Shown here: piece after piece, positions 28,680 to 39,300 of the stretch | Numbering within the stretch: position 1 is the first letter of the stretch | How the letters are laid out: every line of letters begins with the position of its first letter | Source of the DNA: Candidatus Woesearchaeota archaeon | GTDB taxonomy: Archaea > Nanobdellota > Nanobdellia > Pacearchaeales > UBA284 | Assembly (NCBI GenBank): GCA_964354405.1 | Contig: CAYGZP010000001.1 | Span: 15,634-79,633 of the forward strand | Direction of reading: 5' to 3' | Length of the DNA stretch: 64,000 nt | The notes under the pieces: model-generated | What the model saw: the letters and a program-made list of their open reading frames with translations, nothing else | What the model was told of the DNA's origin: nothing | Databases searched by the model: none | Translations under genes and position numbers: made by a program

Positions 28680-29244
28680 AATAAGTCACATCGCCTTCGT
28701 CATCAACTATGCCAATCAACAAATTTTTCTTGGTGCTATGAGCAACTCGATTCTTGGCTGCGAATTCGTGCCATGTTAAGCTCGAGGACTCGTAAACAGG
28801 ATAAAGAATCCATTTGGCATGCTCTTTGCCAGGCCTCACGCCTCTTGGATAAACCCTAAAATCCGCGCCGAACTTCAGCGCAGTCTTCAAAATATATCCT
28901 CTTGAGCGCATATCTTTGAACACGCAGTATTTAGTCCAGAAATTATTATCAAGTTTTCGCGCTTTATCGATAAAAGCCTCATGACTCAATTTTTTCTTGC
29001 CTTCGAACACAACAAGCTTCTTTAAATCCAACAGATACAGAGCCTCAACAAGCGAATAATAGATTTTGTTTTCAATTGGCTCGCCGAAACAGCTCCTGCT
29101 GTACAAATCCCGAGCCTCTTTAGCATTCGAGAAAACCCTCTCGCCAGCCAAAATCGCTTTGAATGTGGCTTTAGAAGCCCTTGACTGCTGAACTTCAGAT
29201 TTTTTCTCTTTTTTCTTTGCTTTTGCTTTCTTTTTCTTTGCCAT
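28654..29244 (-). CDS. endA: tRNA-splicing endonuclease subunit (EndA)
   Basis: Catalytic-domain signatures YSLVEALYL, GYILKTALKFGADFRVY and KEHAKW. Lys-rich N-terminal tail. Confidence 0.65.
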   Translation of the reverse strand: MAKKKKAKAKKKEKKSEVQQSRASKATFKAILAGERVFSNAKEARDLYSRSCFGEPIENKIYYSLVEALYLLDLKKLVVFEGKKKLSHEAFIDKARKLDNNFWTKYCVFKDMRSRGYILKTALKFGADFRVYPRGVRPGKEHAKWILYPVYESSSLTWHEFAAKNRVAHSTKKNLLIGIVDDEGDVTYYEVSWTRP

Positions 29245-29313
29245 TCCCTTTTGTCTTTTTAAAAAGATAAGATAAATATTTAAAACTTGCCCTCTTTCAA
29301 AAAACGAGATAAA

Positions 29314-30213
29314 ATGGAAATCACATTTTTAGGCACAAGTCAGGCAACTCCAACAGCGGAGAAAGGTCAGACAGCAATCCTTTTGACTCATAGCAACGAG
29401 AATATTTTAGTAGACTGCGGCGAAGGAACACAGAGGCAATTTAAGATAGCCAAGCTCAACCCTTGTAAAATCTCTAGGATTTTAATCACTCATTGGCACG
29501 GCGACCATGTTTTAGGATTGCCAGGGCTGTTACAAACTCTAGCTTTAAACAATTACTCAAAAACTTTACAGATATATGGCCCATATGGAACAAGGCAATT
29601 CATGTCGCTATTGCTCAGAACATTCATCTTCAGGGAGAAATTAAAAGTCGATGTCCATGAAATCACAAAAGACGGCACATTCCTCGAAGCAAAAGACTTC
29701 AGGCTCGAAGCTTACAAGATGAAACATTTTGTCCCTTGTCTCGCATTCTCGTTCATCGAGAAAGACAAACACAAGATAAACATGAATTATATCAAAAAAC
29801 AAGGCTTGGAAGAAGGCCCGATTTTAAAAAATCTGCAGGAAGGCAAGAATATTACATGGAAAGGCAAGAAAATTCTCGCGAGCAAAGCCACGACACTGAA
29901 GAAAGGCAAGAAAGTTGCATTTCTCTTTGATACCCTTGCCAATGAAAATTGTGTCAAACTTTCAAAACAAGCTGACTTGCTTATCTCAGAAGCAACTTTC
30001 TTGAGCACAGAACACTCAGACAAGGCACTTGAACGAGGGCATTTGACAGCAAAACAAACCGCAACAATCGCCAAGAAAGCAAAAGCCAAAAAATTAATTC
30101 TCACTCACATCAGCCAGAGATATGCAAAGAACAATCACATAATTCTCGAAGAAGCCAAGAAAGTTTTCAAGAATTCTGAGCTCGCCAAGGATTTTATGAG
30201 CTTGATTGTTTAA
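29314..30213 (+). CDS. rnz: ribonuclease Z (tRNase Z), metallo-beta-lactamase fold
   Basis: MEITFLGTS..., HWHGDH and the C-terminal LTHIS motif. The ORF-track start at 29287 is probably too early, since RNase Z typically starts MEITFLG. Confidence 0.75.
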   Translation: MEITFLGTSQATPTAEKGQTAILLTHSNENILVDCGEGTQRQFKIAKLNPCKISRILITHWHGDHVLGLPGLLQTLALNNYSKTLQIYGPYGTRQFMSLLLRTFIFREKLKVDVHEITKDGTFLEAKDFRLEAYKMKHFVPCLAFSFIEKDKHKINMNYIKKQGLEEGPILKNLQEGKNITWKGKKILASKATTLKKGKKVAFLFDTLANENCVKLSKQADLLISEATFLSTEHSDKALERGHLTAKQTATIAKKAKAKKLILTHISQRYAKNNHIILEEAKKVFKNSELAKDFMSLIV

Positions 30214-30223
30214 AGAATAAAAA

Positions 30224-30631
30224 ATGAAATACAAAATCCACCATAAAATTGCAGGGATTATTCTGAAAAATAAAAAATTATTGATGACTAGAAAATATAA
30301 TGAACCCCATTTTATAATGCCTGGCGGCGAGATAAGAAAAAAAGAAACTCCTGAAAAAACTCTTTCAAGGGAATTAAAAGAAGAATTGAATGTCAAACTT
30401 ATTTCTATGAAATATTTTAATATTTATGTTGCAAAGCATTTCAAAAAGAAAAATGTGTTAGTCATAATGGAAACTTATATTGTAAAGACTAGAGGAAAAC
30501 CAAAAGCGAGTCATGAAATAAACGAATTTTCCTGGATTGATTCTTCATATAAAAAGAAGGGCATCAAACTTGCATCAATAAATTGCGATTACTTAATCCC
30601 AGAATTAAAAAAGAGACATTTGATTATCTAA
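30224..30631 (+). CDS. NUDIX hydrolase
   Basis: Nudix box PGGEIRKKETPEKTLSRELKEELNV; 135 aa. Confidence 0.6.
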   Translation: MKYKIHHKIAGIILKNKKLLMTRKYNEPHFIMPGGEIRKKETPEKTLSRELKEELNVKLISMKYFNIYVAKHFKKKNVLVIMETYIVKTRGKPKASHEINEFSWIDSSYKKKGIKLASINCDYLIPELKKRHLII

Positions 30632-30643
30632 AGAATCTTATTT

Positions 30644-31594
30644 TCATTTCTCTTTCTTCTTGTTTTTCTCTAATCTTGCTTCAGCTTCTTTGATCTTGAG
30701 TTTTTCTTCCATTCCTAATTTTTCCAAAAGCTCCTTGTATCGGTTTCTAATCGTGACTTCTGTAATGCCAGCCACATCAGCGACTTCTCTCTGAGTTTTT
30801 TTCTCATCATTCAGCAATGCCGCGACATACAACGCAGCAGCTGCGATTCCAGCTGGCCCTCTTCCACTGGTTAGCTCGGAAGCTTCTGCTTTCTTCAAGA
30901 TTCTCAACGCATCACTCTGTGTCTTCGGAGAAAGATGCAGCACAGAAGCGAATCTTGCGATGTAATCTTTAGGATTGCTGGGGGTTATCTTCATTACGAG
31001 CTTTCTTGTTATGAAACGATATGTTCTTCCAATCTCTTTTCTCTCGACGTCACTTGCAGCCGAAATTTCATCTAAAGTTCTTGGAATGTTAGAACTTCTG
31101 CAAGCAGCATAGATACAAGCCGAAACAACACTCTCCATGCTTCTTCCTCTAACTAATCCGCGCTGCAATACAAGATTATAGATTCTTGAAGCTTCTTCTT
31201 TCACAAAATTTGGCAAATTCAAGAATGAAGCCACTCTTCGCAACTCAGCCATTGCAAGTCTCAAATTTCTCTCGATGCTTGTTGAAACTCGTTCCTGCCA
31301 TTTCTTGAGTCTGAAAAACTTCCTGATTCTCTTTTCCGAGCCCAATTGATAAATATCACTTATCTCGCCGACATTAGTTGTCAAGCCTTGATCAAATTTC
31401 TGCATGCTTAGGGGCGCGCCACCGCGTCCTTTTTTCTCGCCCTCTTTGAACTGCCGCCATTCCTGGCCCATGTCAATCATTTTCTCTTCGACAACCAACC
31501 CGCAATCACCGCAGATAATCTCGCCTTTTTGCTCGTCGTAGATTAGATTAGTAGAACCACATTCCGGACATTTTTTGACAAAACTAGCAGGCAT
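30644..31594 (-). CDS. tfb: transcription initiation factor IIB (TFB)
   Basis: N-terminal Zn ribbon CPECGS...CGDCG, B-linker and two cyclin-like repeats; 316 aa. Confidence 0.9.
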   Translation of the reverse strand: MPASFVKKCPECGSTNLIYDEQKGEIICGDCGLVVEEKMIDMGQEWRQFKEGEKKGRGGAPLSMQKFDQGLTTNVGEISDIYQLGSEKRIRKFFRLKKWQERVSTSIERNLRLAMAELRRVASFLNLPNFVKEEASRIYNLVLQRGLVRGRSMESVVSACIYAACRSSNIPRTLDEISAASDVERKEIGRTYRFITRKLVMKITPSNPKDYIARFASVLHLSPKTQSDALRILKKAEASELTSGRGPAGIAAAALYVAALLNDEKKTQREVADVAGITEVTIRNRYKELLEKLGMEEKLKIKEAEARLEKNKKKEK

Positions 31595-31626
31595 TTTATA
31601 TTTTTTATTACTCTAAAATTCAACAA

Positions 31627-31662
31627 AAGCTTTATAAATCAACTTAAGAAAGCTTTATAAAT
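31627..31662. promoter_or_regulatory. tandemly duplicated BRE/TATA (AAGCTTTATAAATC x2, 22 nt apart) upstream of tfb
   Basis: Seen directly in sequence. The first copy is about 35-40 nt upstream of the tfb start codon. The TATA core TTTATAAA is palindromic. Confidence 0.5.
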
Positions 31663-31737
31663 CTTTGCTTGGACCTTTTTAAAGATTTATAGCATACATC
31701 ATATAGAAATAATGTCAACTCAACAGTTCAAAAAAAA

Positions 31738-32100
31738 TTATATCAGAACAGCGTTAATCTGTCCTTCTTGACTTGGCCTGCTGGTGACCCTGGCTTTCCC
31801 AAGCTCAGTCTCAATTATCGCGCCTTTGACAATGACATTTTTTCTTGCAAGAAACTTGTTGCTAGGCACTTCAACAACATTTTTTATTTCAACCACCTTG
31901 GCTTTATGAGTTTTGGGATCAATGACATTCGCTTTATTCGCTTTTAAAAAAGTAACTTTGATTTTATTGTCTCTAATCTTCAAGTTTTTCTTCTTTTCAG
32001 CCCCAAGCAAGATAAATCTCTGTGATCTTTTTATCTCAAAGAGCTTTTTCTTTCTGCATTTCTTGTATCTCCCGCCTGTAATTTTTTTTCCTGTTCTCAT
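31738..32100 (-). CDS. rps8e: 30S ribosomal protein S8e
   Basis: MRTGKKITGGRYKKCRKKK...NVIDPKTHKAKVVEIKNVVE...IIETELGKARVTSRPSQEGQINAVLI matches archaeal S8e. Confidence 0.8.
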   Translation of the reverse strand: MRTGKKITGGRYKKCRKKKLFEIKRSQRFILLGAEKKKNLKIRDNKIKVTFLKANKANVIDPKTHKAKVVEIKNVVEVPSNKFLARKNVIVKGAIIETELGKARVTSRPSQEGQINAVLI

Positions 32101-32281
32101 ATAGGAGTCATAAGTGCCTCGTTTAAATATCTTTCTAATTAATCATCAATCTTTCCCATTTATCGACATATATTCCAATTTACCGATGTGGTTTTCGCTG
32201 CATCGATGCAGAAAAGTTTAAAAACTGATTTCAACTTCTTTGCATAAGAATAAATTTCACAACAGAAAAATAAAGAAACAA

Positions 32282-32521
32282 ATGACCAATAGTATAGAAA
32301 GGCCATTAGATTTGTTGAATCAGTCGAAAGGCAAAGAGATTTTGGTTCAGTTGAAAAGTGACAGGCAGCTTGTAGGAACTCTACTAGCATTTGACATACA
32401 CATAAACATCGTTCTGAACAACTCAAAAGAATTAGTGAACGGCGAGATAAAAAGAAACATTGGCTTGACCTTTATCAGAGGCGACACCATAGTTTACATC
32501 TCTCCATCAACAGCGCATTAG
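32282..32521 (+). CDS. Sm-like archaeal protein (LSm/SmAP)
   Basis: RPLDLLNQSKGKEILVQLKSDRQLVGTLLAFDIHINIVLNN matches the Sm1/Sm2 fold. ORF-track start at 32240 probably has an N-terminal extension. Confidence 0.75.
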   Translation: MTNSIERPLDLLNQSKGKEILVQLKSDRQLVGTLLAFDIHINIVLNNSKELVNGEIKRNIGLTFIRGDTIVYISPSTAH

Positions 32522-32617
32522 TTCTTAACTTGATTTACTTGAGCCCTTTTACTTTGATTTTAAGGCAAACAGAAGCGAACAATAATTTTAAAAGTTACAC
32601 CTCTCTTGATAATGCAT

Positions 32618-32701
32618 GCGGGGATTCCGGAGTGGTCTAACGGGCTAGGCTTAGGACCTAGTGGCTTAGTGCCTTCACAGGTTCGAATCCTGTTCCCCGC
32701 A
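32618..32701 (+). tRNA. tRNA-Leu (anticodon UAG), long variable arm
   Basis: Acceptor GCGGGGA/UCCCCGC, anticodon stem CUAGG/CCUAG with loop CUUAGGA, long extra arm, and T loop GGUUCGAAUCC. 84 nt, A73. Confidence 0.8.
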
Positions 32702-32829
32702 TAAGAATCTTTTATAAAAAGATTCTATCAAAACTATCAAGAAACTGAGTTTAGCTATTCGGCTATTTGTAATCACTACCCAATGAATACAAACCGAAAG
32801 ATTTATAAATACCCTATTCTTATGAAATA

Positions 32830-33303
32830 TTGGAGATGTCAAATAGACACATTATCAAAATGCCATTGAAAATAAAAATCGGAAAACGTGAATGGTACCC
32901 AAAAGATAGTTGGGACAAACACAAGAAATGGATGAAGCCAACAGCAATTGGAGCAGGATTAGTAGGGATAGTAGGTACAACTGCATTGATTACTTCAGCT
33001 ATGTTTAGTCGCGGTGAAAAAACTACAGTGCCTCCTAAAGTACTAGAAACTCCAGCCGCAGTTACAGTTGTCCCAAGTAATTACAGTCCACAAGGATTGA
33101 CTCCTGATGACTACGCAGATCCAAAAAACTTAGACCCAGACATGACAATAGGACAAGCTATTCAGGGAAAAGAAGCTTGCTTCGAAATCTATAAGATTGT
33201 ACAAAGAAACATAGAAAATGTTGGATATGTACCAGATGGATACACACCAGGGTACACCCCAAAAGCCCCTACAGTGCCAGAAGGCGACGATAAAGATTAT
33301 TGA
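32830..33303 (+). CDS. hypothetical single-pass membrane protein
   Basis: 157 aa. One TM helix (AIGAGLVGIVGTTALITSAMF), then a Pro/Thr-rich region. Upstream BRE/TATA is ACAAACCGAAAGATTTATAAAT. Confidence 0.3.
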   Translation: MEMSNRHIIKMPLKIKIGKREWYPKDSWDKHKKWMKPTAIGAGLVGIVGTTALITSAMFSRGEKTTVPPKVLETPAAVTVVPSNYSPQGLTPDDYADPKNLDPDMTIGQAIQGKEACFEIYKIVQRNIENVGYVPDGYTPGYTPKAPTVPEGDDKDY

Positions 33304-33352
33304 TTATTATTTTTTATTTTATTTATAACTTCTATCATAAAAAGTTCTGGAT

Positions 33353-36300
33353 TTAAACCTTTAATCTGACTAAAGTTGCTTTAGGATCTGTTTCTCTGTA
33401 TCTTTTTAATTGGGTATAACAGATATTTCCTTGCGCGTTCACTAAAGTTCCCTTTTGTGTAGATGGACCATCTACCAAACAAGTACTGGAAGTATAAGTA
33501 ATATCATCCTCCCAATCAATCGCATTGTTTCCATTATCATCAACAAAAACCAATGCATGGTCATACTCCCTCTTATTCTCATTGTACAAAAACAAAACAT
33601 AAAACTCATCTCTGAACAGGATAGCTCTAGAGACAATTTCAGAAACTTTCATTAATCTTATCTCTTCACCAGTACCAATATCTTTCACAACCTCAACATT
33701 GCTGCTCGCAAGAAGTGTGGGGATACTATCAGATGGGAAGCTCTTGCCAAAGGCCTTTTCAGCAGCTATCGCAACAAGCGAATAACATTCCATTCCTTTG
33801 TAGAGATAATTAATGGACTTTCCATTTTCGGCATTAGGAGTTCTACCTACAAAAGGAACATTTTTGAAAGCCTCCATTTCAGCAACAAGAGGATTTGCAT
33901 TAGTGGATTTCCTGCTAACTTTCAAAACATTCTCTATTCCAACATCATATGCAGATGATTCAAGATAATTATTATTAATTTTGCCAGGTGAAGAAACAGT
34001 GCTTGAGTCTAGTGTAATATCCGCACGATACCAATAACTCCCGACAGCACTATTCGCATTAATACACCAACCATCTCCCGAGATGCTCGTCTCATCATAT
34101 TTTATAGGAACGATCCCATTATAGACATCATCCCCATCATAATACGCCTGAATAGGATAAATATTAAACCATTTTATTGAAGCGTCGCCAGAATATTGTT
34201 TCATTTTTTTGTTTCCTACAGTTAAACTCTCGCCCGAATAATAATCATTTCCCATCTTCACAACAGCACATATTTTAACACTATCTCCATAATTAATCTC
34301 AGGCCCATATCCCTTTTCTCTTTCAATTATATTAAAACTGCCACCATTATTAACACTATAAACAAGAGAAACACTTCCTGCCTGCGGTTGCAATTCTTGT
34401 AACCTTGTTGCAATTCTCCCCAGTAAAACATCAGCATTGCTTAAACTTGCTCTGTTGTTTTCAATCAAAAGTTTCAATGAATTCAAATCTTCAATCGACA
34501 TTGTGTTCAATGATAGCATTTTTTTCTGAAGCGCATCATTGATGCTCTGACATTTGCTCTCGAACCACAAGCAAGCCAAAGAGCACTCGTTCTGCTCGCA
34601 ATCTTGCTGCGTTTTAAAAACAAGATCATTTTCAGCAGGAGCATTTCCACCAAACACATTCCCTATATATTCTATAACTCCTATCCCTTTTGTGTCACCT
34701 TCACATTTGTTAGGGCAGTTCTTACAATTATTATACTTAGAATCCCACCAGCATCCCGATGCTGTATCACAGTTTGTTTTAGTTTTTTGATCCTCGCATT
34801 TCTTTCCTTCCTCTTTCACAACTTTTTCTCTGACTCCAAGTTGCTGATAAACATCCTGACAGTTCTTAGGAGTGCATTTTGAGCCAACATATTTTGTCCT
34901 GTCCGCTTCACTGAAGAAACACAATGGATCTTTAGCACAATCTTGAGTATCACATCCTACTCTTATCTCTAAATGTAAATGATCTCCCTCACTATATCCT
35001 GTGTTATCTGCTTCGCCAAGCTTGTCCCCTGCTTTTACAATATCATCTTTCTTAACTCTCACACTGCCTGTTTTCATATGTCCATAAAATGAGTAAACTT
35101 TTTCTTTTCCAATCTCATGTTCTATTGTAACATAATTTCCATAGCCCGTTCCTTTCGTGCCCATCTCAATCTCATTATTTTCTGCATCAATAACTTTTCC
35201 AGGCGCAACCGCAAGAATAGAAGTTCCCTTAGCAGCATTGATATCTAATCCCTTATGTTCATGTAGTTTTGGTCTCACTCTTTCATATCCAAAACAGCTT
35301 CCTGCGCCAAGAACCCCAACTTGAGGAACAGGCCACATGAATTCGAGCTCTTGAATCTTGACTATTTCTCTGCAGCATTTTTGTCCAGGATGCTCGGAAG
35401 AATCGCTGGGATTGGTTATCCACTCGTAATCTGTAGGGCATGTCACAACAGTCATCCACTTTCCCCCTTGCCCAACAACACATTTATCGCCCGCTTCCAT
35501 CTTCATCTCAGTCTGATAAACCTCTCTCGAAGCATAGAGCTTTGCCTTCAAATCATAAAGCTTTGCTATCGAGAACTCTGCGCGGGCTTTCTCATCTGCT
35601 CTCGCGCATCTCGCGCTTATCTGCTTGAAATCATAAGACAATGAATCAATCTCTTTAGCAATCTCACCAATCTCTGTATCAAGCTGAACTTTCACAGTTT
35701 TCAAATCTTCTACTTTGTAATTTCTGACTTCTGTGATGAACGCATTTACTTTATTTTCAATTGTCTGAAGCTTCGGCTCCAAATTATCCAATTCAATTTG
35801 GCTTTGTGCTGGCGCGCTCAAATTATACTTGTCTATTGCCCATGCAATATCTTTTTGATCTGATTCATTCACTATATTTGCGCGGATTCCTAAATCGCTC
35901 ACAGATTCATTGACAGAATTCATGTCAAGCCAGCATCCAACATCTTTGTTGTCGCAATAACCTATTCTCTTGTATCTCTCTGTCTGCTGTACTGACTCTC
36001 CTGGGTTTCGCGAAGAGCATATTCTTACAATTCCTCTCTTGTATATCTGCGGTTCAAGAGAACTTTCAACATAACTCTGGATGTTTAATGTCGCTGTTGG
36101 AATAATTGATGGAGTGCCACTCACGCATTCTTTGGCTGTCTCAACTGGATTATCGAGTTGATTTTGCAAATAAACATTCTGTAATTCATTCACAGCAAAA
36201 TTAGTCGATGCCTGTCCAAACCCACAAATCTCTTGCTGATTGATTCTAATGCAAATTTCTTTATAGCCGCTGGGGGCAGTGAAATCAGGCGAGATGCTTA

Positions 36301-39300
36301 GATACTGCCCTACTCCCAAGTATCCATAGCCATCTTTTACAAGATATTCTTCTGGGATAAACTGTTCATAATATCCTGATTTTGCTGGGCGTCTCAAATA
36401 TATTGAGTAATAAGCTCCCTGGTCATTTCCTGCAAATATGTAAGCAAAGACTTTGTAATGTGAGTCAGGAGATGCTCCTCCCATTGGAATCTCATCGAAC
36501 CATGCAGTTGCCTGTGTAGGAGACTCGGGCTTTGACAATTCATCCAAGAGATTAGACTGAGTAGGATATGTAGTTGAAACAAATTTCTTGCACACCTCAC
36601 TTCCAATCTGTCCTGTGCTTCTTGCTTTGAACGCATTGAAAGAGTTCAGCGCATAATAATCTGTGAAGTAACGAGCAGCATTTACTGATTGTTTCCATGA
36701 TTCAGAAAACAAAGCATACTCTCCTCCCCCTCTTGATGTTAACGATTCCGTAATCGCGGGAATTCCTGCCTTCAAAAAAGGATCTAATTGCTTCCAGAAG
36801 AACTCGCACATATAAACTGATGTTATCTGATCACAAATTCCAACTGTCTTGCCGCTCTTCAATTGTTCTTGCAGACAATCTCTCCCTGATTTCATTATTC
36901 CGATAAAACTATCAATGCCAGCATGGACTCCTGTCAAGCATATAGGAACTATAACACCCTTGCCATTATCAAAATTAGGCAAGCATAGGAGCAATGAACC
37001 CACAACTCCAGTTTGTACAACATCTTCAACAGGCATTCTCCCGCCGAAGTCGCATCTCGATGCAGGACACATCACAGGGTCGCATAAGTTATACATCAAC
37101 TTACAGTCACTCGCGCTCATGAAATCCTCGCATTGCGCAGAAGCTGTCGAGACAGGCGGTTTTCCAAGAGTATAATCGCCACAACTGGTGTGAATTTTTC
37201 TGTTTCCTGCCGCGAACTCGCGAATTGCTTCTGCCGAGCACTTTTTAGCTTTGTTAATCAAGTTCGAAGAACATCCAGGAGTAATGCAGCCCGCGATTTC
37301 TGGAACATTTCCTGTAGCCAACACAACTTGAGTGCAGCAATCATCTCCTAATGGCCCTGAACTATAATCAAAATTAGGCAAACCATCTACTCCAACATTA
37401 CAAATCCAGAAAGTGTTGATATCTCCACTCTCTTTCCAAGCAGCCATCGCACCTTCCAAGCCTGAGTAGCTTGTTGTCGCAACATACCATCCAGCTCTCG
37501 CGTCAACCGGCATCCATGCCACGAATCCTTCATAAACTCCAGACTCCCAGAACTTAATCTCGCTTCTGTGGGGAGTTTTAATCTCATTGTTGTTGCATAA
37601 AGTTATGTCGACTTCTTCGATATCAGGAACATTTATCTCGCGCAATCTTTTTTCAAGCGAAGGTTCTGTCAATGAGTTATAAAACTTTTGGACATTCCCA
37701 TCGCCATCAATCTTATACAATCTGTTGATAGTGAACTTGTGCTCTGCAGCAGAATCAACAACAGCGATGTAATAAGCTCCAAGATATGAGAAGGCGCTAT
37801 ATCTATCTCCAGCTAAAATTTGAGGATGAGTTCCAAATTTAATCTTATTAATGAAATTCAAATCAGCTCGATACACCTGTGCTTTCAATGACTGTGATTG
37901 TTGTGGCCTTGCAACAGTCGGACTAATCCCAAACTTGCTTGAGAACGCGCTCAATGTATTCAAATCTTTCACTTGTTCAGCTGTCTCTGCCAATGTTCCA
38001 TAACCTCCCTTGATTTTTTCCTGGCATATCGCTGAGTTGGCAATCTCACTCTGGCTTTTTCCCGAGCATTGCTTATAAATATCCAAATCCAAGACAATAT
38101 TCTTGACATCATCTTTGAACAATCTTCCGCTGCTGTAAAGTGTTGAGAAATTTCCCGCTATGTTTTCAGAATTAACAACATTATTCAATATCTTTGCGGT
38201 TTTGCTTTTATCCACGCTCGGCTTTGCTTCGAGCAATTTACTGATATTCGCATATGTAACCCCCTCGAACTCAATTGCTCCATCACCTAAAATAATCCGC
38301 CGCAATTCTTTTTGCTCATATACTTTTATTCCTTCCAGTTCCTGAGGAAAGTTCTTCTCAGCTTCTTCCATGAACTTTTCATCATTTACTGTTTTGCTTA
38401 ATCCAAGCAATCCCCCCGTGGTTGTAACTCCATTCTTCGATTTCACATCGCTGATAAACTTGTTTGTCTTGCTCAATGAGTTTTGAACCAATTCTATATC
38501 ATTATTAATCTCTTTTTCTTTGATTCTGTAACAATCCGAAATGCTCTTGGCATTGATGCCCTGTCTGTAAACTGAATCCGAGCATCTTTGAGTCCAAGGT
38601 TTCATGACAATTTTTCTTGCATATGCCTCGCCACTCAATCCCGAAACAAAATTCTTTATCCATAACACCCCCGCTCCAACCTGACAGACTTTCTTCCATG
38701 TTGTTACAATCTTTCCCAAATTATCGCGGATTTTTTCCAAGCTCGCTATGTTCTTGTTGAGTTTCTCTATAAGCTCGTTAGTTTTCTCAGGAGTAAGTTT
38801 AATAGCTCGCTTTTCAATTCCTATCGCAACTGTAAAATTAGTTATTGTTTCTCTTTCCTTTTCAAAAGGCAACACAGTAACTTTGACTTCTTTTTTTAGT
38901 GTTGTGCTTAAAAGTCTTACTTTAGTGCCGCTGAAGTACTGCCACGAGCCCGCTGCTAATGTAACTTCATTGTTTGTAAGATTTTTCAACCTAATACTTG
39001 TGTCATCTATCTCGCTTACGACCCAATCTCCAATTGTATCATCAACTGTGATTGTTGCTTTAGTATCATTCAACTCAACCTGAGCTTCCTTAGTCCCCAA
39101 ACCTGGCTTCTCAATTGAAATAAGCTCGATATGATAACTTCCGCTCGGCCTTGTCATTGAAACGCTTCTGTCGCCTGCGCCCGCAACAGCTCTTCTTAAT
39201 TCTTCTCTCGCGTTCTCAACTTCGCCGATAATCTCTGGCTCATCGCTCTGCGAATATTTATTAATCAGTTCTGTCAAGATTTCAGCCTGGTCAAGTTTTT

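Noticed and set aside
33353-33460. Class III (pilin-like) signal at the N-terminus of the 2536-aa giant protein (MQFNKKRFGVG...)
   Set aside because: It has no Gly/Ala at the -1 position before the hydrophobic stretch, and an h-region followed by VHA/Q looks like a standard Sec signal peptidase I site.
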